Part shown: positions 41,001-51,062 of the stretch, in pieces
Layout: each line of letters begins with the position of its first letter
How positions within the stretch are numbered: position 1 is the stretch's first letter
From: an uncultured beta proteobacterium
GTDB lineage: Bacteria; Pseudomonadota; Gammaproteobacteria; Burkholderiales; Burkholderiaceae_C
Direction: 5' to 3'
DNA length: 64,000 nucleotides
Assembly: GCA_963775015.1 (NCBI GenBank)
Contig: CAVZHI010000021.1
Location: forward strand, 38,143 to 102,142
Program-made: the position numbers and the translations under genes
Notes under the pieces: generated by a model
What the model saw: the letters and a program-made list of their open reading frames with translations, nothing else
What the model was told of the DNA's origin: nothing
The model's database searches: none

Positions 41001-44000
41001 TTGACGACAGCCCAAGTTGCAAGCCTGACCTCGAGCCAGATCAGCACCCTGGAGAGCGCCGACCTGCGGGCCTTGGGCACGGCGCAGTACGCCGCGCTGA
41101 ACAGCGCCCAGGTGCAGGGTCTCGGAACGGATCAGATGGCGGCGCTGGAGAGCGCTGACCTGCGCTCGATCAACACCGCGGCATTGCGCAGCCTGAGCAC
41201 CGACCAACTCGCCGCCTTGAACAGCGACCAGATGGGCGCGCTGACGACGGGCCAGGTCGCAGCCCTGACCACAAGCCAGATCGCCGGTCTGGGAAGCGAC
41301 GACCTGAACGCGCTGACCACAGCACAGTTTGCGTCCCTGACCAGCGCCCAGGCGATTGCGCTCACGACAGACCAGATCCCGAGCCTGGAGAGCTCCGACC
41401 TGCGAGCCCTGAGCACCGCAGCCCTGCGCGGCTGGAGCACGGAGCAGCTCGGCGCGCTGAGCTCAGACAACATGGCCGCGCTGACCACAAGCCAGGTCAT
41501 CGCACTGACCACGGCTCAAATCGCCAGCCTGGTGAGCGACGACCTGAACGCGTTCGGCACGACGCAGTTTGCTGCGCTGACGACAGCGCAAGTCGCGAGC
41601 CTGACGTCGAGCCAGATCAGCACCCTGGAGAGCGCCGACCTGCGGGCCTTGGGCACGGCGCAATACGCCGCGCTGAACAGCGCCCAGATGCAGGGCCTGT
41701 CGAGCGACCAGATGGCGGCTCTGGAGAGCGCTGACCTGCGCTCGATCAACACCGCAGCGCTGCGAAGCCTCACCACCGACCAGCTCGCTGCCCTGAGCAG
41801 CGACCAGATGGCCGCACTGACGACGGTGCAAGTCCCCGCCCTCACGACAAGCCAGATCGCCGGCCTGGGCAGCGACGACCTGAACGCCCTGACGACGCAG
41901 CAGTTTGCATCGCTCACCAGCGCCCAGGCGATCGCGCTCACAACCGACCAGATCCCGGCGCTGGAGAGCGCTGACCTGCGGCCGCTGAGCACCGCAGCGC
42001 TGCGCGGCTGGAGCACCGACCAGCTCGGAGCCTTGAGTTCAGACAACATGGCCGCGCTGACGACGACGCAAGTCGCGGCCCTCACGACCGCACAAATCGC
42101 CAGCCTGGTGAGCGACGACCTGAACGCGTTCGGAACGACGCAATTCTCTGCGCTGACCACGGCCCAGGTCGCGAGCCTGACCTCGAGCCAGATCAGCACC
42201 CTGGAGAGCGCCGACCTGCGGGCCTTGGGCACGGCGCAATACGCCGCGCTGAACAGCGCCCAGATGCAGGGCCTGTCGAGCGACCAGATGGCGGCTCTGG
42301 AGAGCGCTGACCTGCGCTCGATCAACACCGCAGCGCTGCGAAGCCTCACCACCGACCAGCTCGCCGCCCTGAGCAGCGACCAGATGGCCGCACTGACGAC
42401 GGTGCAAGTCCCCGCCCTCACGACGAGCCAGATCGCCGGCCTGGGCAGCGACGACCTGAACGCCCTGACGACGCAGCAGTTTGCATCGCTCACCAGCGCC
42501 CAGGCGATCGCCCTCACCACAGACCAGATCGCCGCCCTGGAAAGCGCTGACCTCCGGTCGCTGAGCAGCGCAGCGCTGCGTGGCTGGAGCACCGACCAGC
42601 TCGGCGCCTTGAGTTCAGACAACATGGCGGCGCTGACCACAAGCCAGGTCACGGCGCTCACGACCGCCCAGATCGCGAGCCTGGTGAGCGACGACCTGAA
42701 CGCATTTGGAACGACGCAATTCTCCGCGTTGACGACAGCCCAAGTTGCAAGCCTCACATCGAGCCAGATCAGCACCCTGGAGAGCGCCGACCTGCGGGCC
42801 TTGGGCACGGCGCAATACGCCGCGCTGAACAGCGCCCAGGTGCAGGGCCTCGGAACGGATCAGATGGCGGCTCTGGAGAGCGCTGACCTGCGCTCGATCA
42901 ACACCGCGGCACTGCGAAGCCTCACCACCGACCAGCTCGCTGCACTGAGCAGCGACCAGGTGGCCGCACTGACGACGGTGCAAGTCCCCGCCCTCACGAC
43001 AAGCCAGATCGCCGGCCTGGGCAGCGACGACCTGAACGCCCTGACGACGCAGCAGTTTGCATCGCTCACCAGCGCCCAGGCGATCGCCCTCACCACAGAC
43101 CAGATCGCCGCCCTGGAAAGCGCTGACCTCCGGTCGCTGAGCAGCGCAGCGCTGCGTGGCTGGAGCACCGACCAGCTCGGCGCCTTGAGTTCAGACAACA
43201 TGGCGGCGCTGACGACGAAGCCAGGTCGCGGCGCTCACGACCGCACAAATCGCCAGCCTGGTGAGCGACGACCTGAACGCGTTCGGAACGACGCAGTTCT
43301 CCGCGTTGACGACAGCCCAAGTTGCAAGCCTCACATCGAGCCAGATCAGCACCCTGGAGAGCGCCGACCTGCGGGCCTTGGGCACGGCCCAATACGCCGC
43401 GCTGAACAGCGCCCAGATGCAGGGCCTGTCGAGCGACCAGATGGCGGCCCTGGAGAGCTGCTGACCTGCGCTCGATCAACACCGCAGCGCTGCGAAGCCT
43501 CACCACCGACCAGCTCGCTGCCCTGAGCAGCGACCAGATGGCCGCACTGACGACGGTGCAAGTCCCCGCCCTCACGACGAGCCAGATCGCCGGCCTGGGC
43601 AGCGACGACCTGAACGCCCTGACGACGCAGCAGTTTGCATCGCTCACCAGCGCCCAGGCGATCGCGCTCACAACCGACCAGATCCCGGCGCTGGAGAGCG
43701 CTGACCTGCGAGCCCTCAGCACCGCAGCGCTGCGCGGCTGGAGCACCGACCAGCTCGGAGCCCTGAGTTCAGACAACATGGCCGCGCTGACAACGACGCA
43801 GGTCGCGGCCCTCACGACCGCCCAAATCGCCAGCCTGGTGAGCGACGACCTGAACGCGTTCGGAACGACGCAATTCTCTGCGCTGACGACGGCCCAGGTC
43901 GCGAGCCTGACCTCGAGCCAGATCAGCACCCTGGAGAGCGTCGACCTGCGGGCCTTGGGCACGGCGCAATACGCCGCGCTGAACAGCGCCCAGGTGCAGG

Positions 44001-45835
44001 GCCTCGGAACGGATCAGATGGCGGCTCTGGAGAGCGCTGACCTGCGCTCGATCAACACCGCAGCGCTGCGAAGCCTCACCACCGACCAGCTCGCTGCACT
44101 GAGCAGCGACCAGATGGCCGCACTGACGACGGTGCAAGTCCCCGCCCTCACGACGAGCCAGATCGCCGGCCTGGGCAGCGACGACCTGAACGCCCTGACG
44201 ACGCAGCAGTTTGCATCGCTCACCAGCGCCCAGGCGATCGCCCTCACAACCGACCAGATCCCGCCCTGGAAAGCGCTGACCTGCGAGCCGCTCAGCACGC
44301 AGCGCTGCGCGGCTGGAGCACCGACCAGCTCGGAGCCTTGAGTTCAGACAACATGGCGCGCGCTGACCACGAGCCAGGTCGCGGCGCTCACGACCGCACA
44401 AATCGCCAGCCTGGCGAGCGACGACCTGAACGCGTTCGGAACGACGCAATTCTCTGCGCTGACGACAGCCCAAGTCGCGAGCCTGACCTCGAGCCAGATC
44501 AGCACGCTGGACAGCGCCGACCTGACCGCACTCACGACAGCTCAATACGCCGCGTTCTCGACCGCCCAGGTGATCGCGTTCACGACGGATCAGATCTCGC
44601 TCATCGAAACCGCCGATCTGCGCGCGCTCACGTCGAGCTCGCTGCGCGCCCTCACCGACGCGCAATTGGCCGAATTGACGACGACGCAGATCACCTCGCT
44701 CGGCGGCCAGGTCGTGAACCTGACGACGTCGCAGCTCGCCGGCCTCGCGTCGGATGACCTGAACGCGATGACCCAGGCGCAGTTCTCGCTCCTCACGAGC
44801 GCGCAGATTTCGCACCTGACGACATCGCAGGTGTCGACGCTGGAGACCGCCGACCTGCGCGCCATCAGCACGGCCAGCCTGCAGGCGATGACGACGGACC
44901 AGATCGTCGCGATCACGACGGACCAGTTCCAGGCCTTGAGCTCGGCGCAGATCGTCGCCTTCACGACGGCACACGCCGCGGCGTTGACGACAGACCAGAT
45001 CGTCGCCTTCACGACGGACCAGATCGTCGCGCTGCAAACGCAGGACATCGCCGCGATGTCGATGACGCAGGTGTCGGCGTTCGAAGGCGCGGACATCTCG
45101 GTCATGACGGCGTCGCAGATCGACGCCATCTTCGCCGCGTCGCCGATCATGCTCGACCTGGACGGCCACGGCGTGAACACGACCGCCGCGGCGCAGGGCG
45201 TGAACTTCGACCTGAACGCGACCGGCAGTGCGCACAAGGTCGGCTGGGCGTCAGCCGGCGACGGCCTGCTCGTGATGGACCGCAACGGCGACGGCAAGAT
45301 TGGCGACGGCAGTGAGCTGTTCGGCACGGCGACACGCCTGGCCGACGGCACGCGCGCCGGCAACGGCTACGAAGCGATGGCGCAGCACGACAGCAACCAC
45401 GACGGCGTGCTCTCCGGCGCCGACGTCGACTTCCAGAAGCTGCAGCTGTGGGTCGACGCGAACGTCGACGGCAAGACGGATGCGGGCGAGCTGCACAGCC
45501 TGGCCGAGTTCGGCGTCGCGTCTCTGGACCTGAAGGGTCTGGCCGGAACGCAGGTGGACAACGGCAATTTGCTGGGTCTGACGTCGACCTACACGACGAC
45601 CGACGGCGCACAACACGCCACGGCCGACGTCTGGTTCGCGAAGGACACGCCGGCGGTGCCACCGAAGCTCGACGAGTTGCTCGCGGCGCCGTCCGCCGAG
45701 TTGCTTGCTGCAGCGCCGGTGGGCCACGCCGCGCCCACACCGGTGGCCGCGAGCCATGTTCCCACGGCGGCGCCGGCAGGAATCGACCGGAACCTGTTGC
45801 CGATCGACGAGAACAAGCACCAACCGCTGATCTGA
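38076..45835 (+). CDS. Giant octapeptide-repeat protein 1 (about 2,585 codons if repaired); interrupted as sequenced by six 1-nt indels (about 39526, 40548, 43215, 43455, 44262, 44358)
   Basis: AAGGA RBS 7 nt before ATG 38076 and no signal peptide. About 290 consecutive 8-aa units L-[ST]-[ST]-x-Q-[IVLMF]-x-[AS] with no register break. Pieces are ORFs 38022..39671, 39745..40620, 40560..43526, 43261..43464, 43538..44341 and 44570..45835, and each junction is repaired by a single-base change relative to sister repeats. The C-terminal Ca-loop module ends ...GIDRNLLPIDENKHQPLI. Confidence 0.8.
38097..45140 (+). repeat. Hierarchical coding tandem repeat: 24-nt unit, 576-nt (24-unit) higher-order repeat present about 11 times, with a further 2,304-nt recurrence
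   Basis: The anchor gacaacatggc recurs at about 38586, 39162, 39738, 40314, 40890, 41466, 42042, 42618, 43194, 43771 and 44347 (576-nt steps, +1 after indels). Variant marker gaacggatcag lies at 38821 and 41125 (2,304 nt apart). Confidence 0.9.
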
Positions 45836-45841
45836 GCGAAA

Positions 45842-45874
45842 GCCGGGCTGCCTGCAACTTGCGGGCAGCCCGGC
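45842..45874 (+). terminator. 11-bp perfect GC hairpin 7 nt after the giant gene 1 stop
   Basis: gccgggctgcc-N11-ggcagcccggc. No T-tract. Confidence 0.4.
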
Positions 45875-45913
45875 CGCACTGACATGAGTCCCTAGCGCCG
45901 TCCCGGTGGGCCG

Positions 45914-48900
45914 ATGAAGATTTCGCTTCCGAAGTGGTTCTCGACCTCGATCATCTTCAACGCGGTCAGGTCATGGATGGGGCAGCTGGGCCAGAACCAC
46001 TCGCAGGGCCCGGGACCGGGCGGTGGGTTCACCGACGCGCAGGCGCGTGCGCTCACGCCGTCGCAAATTGCGGCGTTGAGTCCTGACGAGTTCAACGCGC
46101 TCAGCGTCGCGCAGTTCGCCGCCTTCAGCGTGGCCCAGATCGGGGGGATGACGTCGGCGCAATGGGGCGCGCTGCAGGCGGACTACCTGCAGTCGCTCAG
46201 CACCGCGGCGATGAACAGTCTGTCGATCGCCCAGGTCGGCGCGCTGAACCCGGCGCAGCTGGCGTTTCTCAGCGGCGCCCAACTGAGGGCGCTCTCGCCA
46301 GGCATCGTCGGGCGCCTGGGGCCGAGTTACGTGGAGGCGCTGAGCAGCGACCAACTCGCGGCACTGAGCACGTCGCAGATCGCCGAGTTGACGGGTGCGC
46401 AAATTGCGGTGCTGAGCAGCAGCGACCTCAAGGCGCTCGGCACGACACAGTTTGCCGTCATGTCGACGGCGCAGGTGGTCGCCCTGAGCACGGCGCAGGT
46501 CGCTGCGCTGGACAGCGCCGACCTGAGCGCCTTGAGCAGCAACGCGCTGCGCGCCATGAGCACGGCGCAGCTTGCCGCCCTGGGCAGCGACCAGATCGTG
46601 GCGCTGAGCACGGCACAGGTCAAGGCGTTCAGCACCGGTCAGGTCGCAAGCCTGACCACGGAAGACCTGAACGCGCTGACGAGCGCGCAGTTCGCAGCGC
46701 TCACGTCGGCGCAGGGGCTGGCGCTCACCTCGGCCCAAATTGCCGCGCTCGAGACCGCTGACCTGCGTGCTTTGGGAACCGCCGCGCTGCGCGCCTGGAG
46801 CAGCGCCCAGCTCCTGGCGCTCGGCTCGGACCAGCTGGCGGCGCTCAGCACGGCGCAAGTTGCCGCCTTGACGAGCAGCTCGATCGCACTCCTCAGCCCG
46901 GCTTCGATCGACGCGCTGACGAGCTCGCAGCTTGCGGCGCTGACGACAGCGCAAGTGACGGCGCTGACGACGGCACAGCTGGTGGCGCTGTCCACAGGCG
47001 ACCTGAATGCACTGCGCACCGCGCAGTTCGCGGCCTTCACGACCGGCCAGGTGGCGGCGCTGACGACGGCGCAGGTCTCGGCGCTGATCGACAGACGACC
47101 TGCGTGCGCTCGGCACGGCGCAGTACGCGGCGCTCGGCACGGCGCAGCTGCGATCCCTCACGACCGACCAGATGCCGGCACTGGAGACGAGCGACCTGCG
47201 CGCCCTCGGCTCGGATGCGCTGCGGATCCTGTCGAGTGCGCAATTCGACGCCCTGACCTCGGTGCAGATCGCGGCCCTGGGCTCATGGCAGATCGCCGCG
47301 CTGACGACGAGCCAAGTGGGGGCGCTCGGCACCGACGACATCCGCGCCCTGGGCAGTGCCCAAGTCGCCGCGCTGTCGACAGCGCAAGTCTCGGCGCTGG
47401 CGCCGTTGCAGGTGGCAGCGCTCGAAACTTCCGACCTGCGTGCTTTGAGCACCGCGGCGTTGCAAGGATTGAGCAGCGCACAACTCGACGCACTCGGCGC
47501 GGCGCAGTTCGCCGCTCTGACGACGACGCAGGTGCGGTCGCTCCTGCCGGGCCAATTGGCAGAACTGGCGACGCAAGACCTGAACGCCTTCACGACAGCC
47601 CAGTTTGCCGTGATCGGCACTGCGCAAGTGGTGGCGTTCACGACCGAGCAGGTGGCGGCGCTGGAAACGGCGGATCTGCGCGCGCTGAGCCAGGCGGCGC
47701 TGAACGCGATGACGCCGCAACAGATGAATGCGCTGACCGCCGTGCAGCGCGCTTCGCTGTCGACGGCGCAGGTCGCCGCAATGAGCACGGCGCAAATCGC
47801 GGCGCTGCGAACCGACGACTTGAACGCCCTGGGAACGAACCACTTCGCGGCGTTCAACAGCGCCCAGGTCGGCGCCTTCACGCCGGAGCAGATCGGCGCG
47901 CTCGAAAGCGCCGACCTGCGCGTCCTCGTCGCTTCGGGCCTGGGCACCTGGGGCGCAGCGCAAGTCGGTGCGCTGGGCACCGCCCAAGTGATCACGCTCA
48001 CGTCGACCCAATTCGCCGGCTTCGGCAGCGCTCAAATCGCTGCCCTCAGCACCGAGCAGATTGCCGCGATCGAAACCCTCGACCTGCGCGCCTTGAGCAG
48101 CGCGGCGTTGCAGGGGCTGTCGCTGGCGCAATTCGAGGCGCTGGGAACGACGCAAATCGTCGCCCTGACGACGGCGCAAATCGCGGGGCTCGGCGGGAGT
48201 CAGCTCGCGAGCCTCGGCAGCGCCGAATTGAACCTGCTCAGCAGCGCCCAATTCGCAGCGCTCACGAGCGCCCAGGTGAGCGCGTTCAGCACCGAGCAGA
48301 TTGCGAATCTCGAGACCGTCGACCTGCGCGCGCTCACGACGCTCGCGTTCCAGGCGCTCGGCACCGAGCAGATCGTCGCGTTCACGACGGAGCAATTCGC
48401 CGCGCTGCGCACAGCGCAGATCGCTGCGCTGACGACGGAGCAGGCGGCGGCGCTGACCACCGCCGAGATCGCCGCCTTCACGACGGCACAGATCGTGGGT
48501 CTGGAAACACGCGACATCGCGGTGATGTCGTTGACGCAAGTCTCCGCGTTCGAGGCCGCCGACGTGGCCGTGATGTCGCCGGCGCAGATCGACGCGCTGC
48601 TCGCGGCCACGCCGATCATGCTCGACCTGAATGGCGACGGCGTGCGCACGCTCGCCGCGAGCGAAGGCGTGCGTTTCGACTTGAACGGTACGGGCCATGT
48701 GCAGCAAGTGGGCTGGGTGTCGGCGAGCGACGGCCTGTTGGTGTGGGACCGCGATCACAACGGCCGGATCGACGACGCAGGCGAACTCTTCGGAGGCGCG
48801 ACGCGGCTTCCCGACGCAAGCCGCGCCGGCAACGGCTACGCCGCATTGGCCGCGCTCGACAGCAACCAGGACGCAGCGCTGAGCGGCGCCGATCCGAACT

Positions 48901-49298
48901 TCAAGGACTTGCAGTTGTGGGTCGACGCGAACCACGACGCCGTCACCGACGAGGGCGAGCTGCACAGCCTGGGCGAGTTCGGCGTCACGCAGCTCGGCCT
49001 GCACGCCCAAGCCGGGAGTGCCATGGACAACGGCAACCTGCTCGGCCTGGTGTCGACTTACACGACTGCCGACGGCGCGCAGCATGCGATGGCTGACGTG
49101 TGGTTGGCGAAGCACGTCGCGCCTTCGGCGCAGCCGCCGCTGCACGACTTGCTCGCGACGTCGGCGCCGGCGCTGTTGGCGGAAGCAGCGTTGCATCCAC
49201 CGGCGCCGCCTCCCGCGACCTCTGCCGCCGCCCCGGCAGGTGGCGTCGACCGCAACTTGTTGCCGATCGACGAGAACAAGACGCCGCCGCTCATCTGA
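45914..49298 (+). CDS. Giant octapeptide-repeat protein 2 (about 1,127 codons if repaired); one frame disruption near 47095
   Basis: ORF 45914..49096 carries sensible sequence up to ...TTAQVSAL. It continues in ORF 47172..49298 (MPALETSDLRALGSDALRIL...). About 105 diverged octads are in the same register. The C-terminal module and tail (...GVDRNLLPIDENKTPPLI) are paralogous to gene 1. Confidence 0.8.
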
Positions 49299-49308
49299 CG
49301 CCCGCGTT

Positions 49309-49414
49309 GTCATTCCGGCGCAAGTGCCACCCCGTACTCGATACGGGGCCGGGATCCACGGCGTCGAAGGTCGCTGCTCCCCCGTCGGTGGATCCCGGCT
49401 GTCGCCGGGATGAC
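49309..49414. repeat. REP-like pair: long variant 49309-49359 with an inserted inner hairpin, plus canonical inverted unit 49388-49414
   Basis: gtcattccggcg-caagtgccaccccgtactcgatacgggg-ccgggatccac, then gtggatcccggctgtcgccgggatgac. Confidence 0.85.
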
Positions 49415-49444
49415 GAGTGCGCGAATTGAGGGTCAATCGCCGCG

Positions 49445-50197
49445 TCAGAACGCGCGCAGGTGCAGATCCGGCAGTTGCGGCACGTTCGGCCGGTCCAGCG
49501 GCCCGGGGATCGGCTCCGCCGAATGGCCGTGGAACGACGCGCTGGTCTTGCGCATGAAGGTCAGCTCCAATAGGCGCGGAAACGGAATCCCGCCGAGCAT
49601 GATCATGCCGCCGGCGTTGTTCGCGTGCATGTGGATCACGCGGTGCGTGCTGCAAAGCTTTTCGAACACGGCGTAGACGCGGTCGAAGTGATCCCGGTTC
49701 ACGAGGCTCTGGAAGTCGTGGAACTCGCCCGTCAGCACTTCGAAGCGCGCCAGATCGTCGCTGCTCGCGCCCGCCAGGCATTCCCATTCGGCGCCTTCGG
49801 TGTCGAACTTGAGGATCGCGTGCTTCGCCTGCGACCAGTCGATCATCTTCACCATGCTCGCCAGGCTCACGAACGGACCTTCGTCGCGCGCGCCCCAGCC
49901 CTTGCGGTGGAACTGGACGTTCGGGTGCACGCTCGGGCTCGCCTCGATGGTGTGATCGAACTGAATGACGCGTGCGCCGAGCTGCGCCAGATCGTTGTCG
50001 AAGCTGACCTCGTCGCCGATGCCGATCGAGAGCACGGTGTTGCTGCGCCGCGAGCTCGAGGGCATGAGGTAGCCTCCATCAGCGTCCGAGCCGATTCTGA
50101 CTTTCACGTCGCTGATCATTTGCCAGGGGCGGATCAGGTTCAGCAGGTTGAACAGTTCGGGTTGGGTGACGGGGCGTTCGGTGACGATGGCGTTCAC
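49445..50197 (-). CDS. FkbM-family methyltransferase
   Basis: 250 aa. ILKFDTEGAEWECL matches the FkbM K(I/F)D(I/V)EGAE signature. Confidence 0.75.
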   Translation of the reverse strand: MNAIVTERPVTQPELFNLLNLIRPWQMISDVKVRIGSDADGGYLMPSSSRRSNTVLSIGIGDEVSFDNDLAQLGARVIQFDHTIEASPSVHPNVQFHRKGWGARDEGPFVSLASMVKMIDWSQAKHAILKFDTEGAEWECLAGASSDDLARFEVLTGEFHDFQSLVNRDHFDRVYAVFEKLCSTHRVIHMHANNAGGMIMLGGIPFPRLLELTFMRKTSASFHGHSAEPIPGPLDRPNVPQLPDLHLRAF

Positions 50198-50228
50198 GGT
50201 GCGTTCCTCGGTGGGGCTGGGAGCCGGC

Positions 50229-50903
50229 TCATGCGGGAAGCTGGCACACGCACACCGTGAGGAAGGGTGCGGCCTGCTGCGTCTGGGCCAACGTGGGCGT
50301 CACATGTTCGAGCGTGAAGTGCGGCGGCCATTGGTACAGCGTCTCGACGATCGCCAGGCCCTGGCCGAGCAAGGTCGCTTCGAACTGCTGGTAGCGGAAC
50401 TCGTAGGGGTGGTAGCGCGTCAGCAGGCCGAACTTGTCGCCGCGGTAGATGGGGGTCGAGCAAAGGAACCGCCCGCCCGGGCGCAGCACGCGTTTCACTT
50501 CGGCGAAGTACTGCCCCACTTCGCCGGGCTGGATGTGTTCGATGGTCTCGAACGAGATGAAGGTGTCGATGCTGCGGTCGGGCACCGGCAACTCGAGAAC
50601 GCTGCCTTGCAGGTAGCGGCCCTTCCCGGTCATCGGCAGGTAGACCTCGTTCGCGAAGGCGACCATGTTCGGGTCGATGTCGACCCCGGTGTAGCTCTTG
50701 CAGTTGAGCAGCAGCGACGCGTAACCGCAGCCCATCGCCGCGTCGAGAACGTCGGCGTTGTAGCAAAAGCCCTTCGCGAACGCGTAGCGGTACAGGTGGT
50801 CCAGGTTCAGCGTCTGCAAGGTGCCGTAGGGGCGCGGGATGAGGTGTTCGTTTTCGTCGACTTGCGACAGGTCGAACTTGCGGGCTTCGAGGGGAGCGTT
50901 CAT
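50229..50903 (-). CDS. Class I SAM-dependent methyltransferase
   Basis: Start at MNAPLEARKF (50903). Motif I VLDAAMGCGYAS. Motif post-II VLRPGGRFLCSTP. Confidence 0.8.
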   Translation of the reverse strand: MNAPLEARKFDLSQVDENEHLIPRPYGTLQTLNLDHLYRYAFAKGFCYNADVLDAAMGCGYASLLLNCKSYTGVDIDPNMVAFANEVYLPMTGKGRYLQGSVLELPVPDRSIDTFISFETIEHIQPGEVGQYFAEVKRVLRPGGRFLCSTPIYRGDKFGLLTRYHPYEFRYQQFEATLLGQGLAIVETLYQWPPHFTLEHVTPTLAQTQQAAPFLTVCVCQLPA

Positions 50904-50924
50904 GGGGGAGGCTTTCGGCTGAGG

Positions 50925-51062
50925 GTGGATCCCGGCGTGCGCCGGGATGACGTGAGGCGAGGCGGCTGCGGGTGCGCTTCCGTCATCCCGGCGAAGGCCG
51001 GGATCCACCGCTGGGGAAGGTGCATCTGCGGCGCAGTGGATCCCGGCGTGCGCCGGGATGAC
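50925..51062. repeat. Three REP-like units (50925-50951, 50982-51008, 51036-51062) lying in frame between two coding regions
   Basis: gtggatcccggcgtgcgccgggatgac / gtcatcccggcgaaggccgggatccac / gtggatcccggcgtgcgccgggatgac. No stop codon in the reading frame that links the flanking genes. Confidence 0.9.

Noticed and set aside
38097-45140. Highly regular repeat array that could be mistaken for a CRISPR or non-coding satellite
   Set aside because: There are no unique spacers. The period is 24 nt, a multiple of 3. A single sense frame carries a consistent octapeptide pattern, with an RBS and ATG at 38076. It is a coding repeat.
38076-49298. Classifying the giants as classical RTX proteins or as N-glycosylated HMW1-like adhesins
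   Set aside because: No GGxGxDxUx nonapeptides were seen anywhere in either protein. The canonical 192-aa unit contains no N-x-S/T sequon. They have no N-terminal signal or TPS domain.
39957-49787. Many long minus-strand ORFs across the giant genes (for example 41516..42808, 43769..45235, 45971..48001, 47283..49787)
   Set aside because: They are antisense shadows of the high-GC repeat genes. They are Arg/Ala/Gly-rich and low-complexity, inherit the periodicity of the sense strand, and have no start context.
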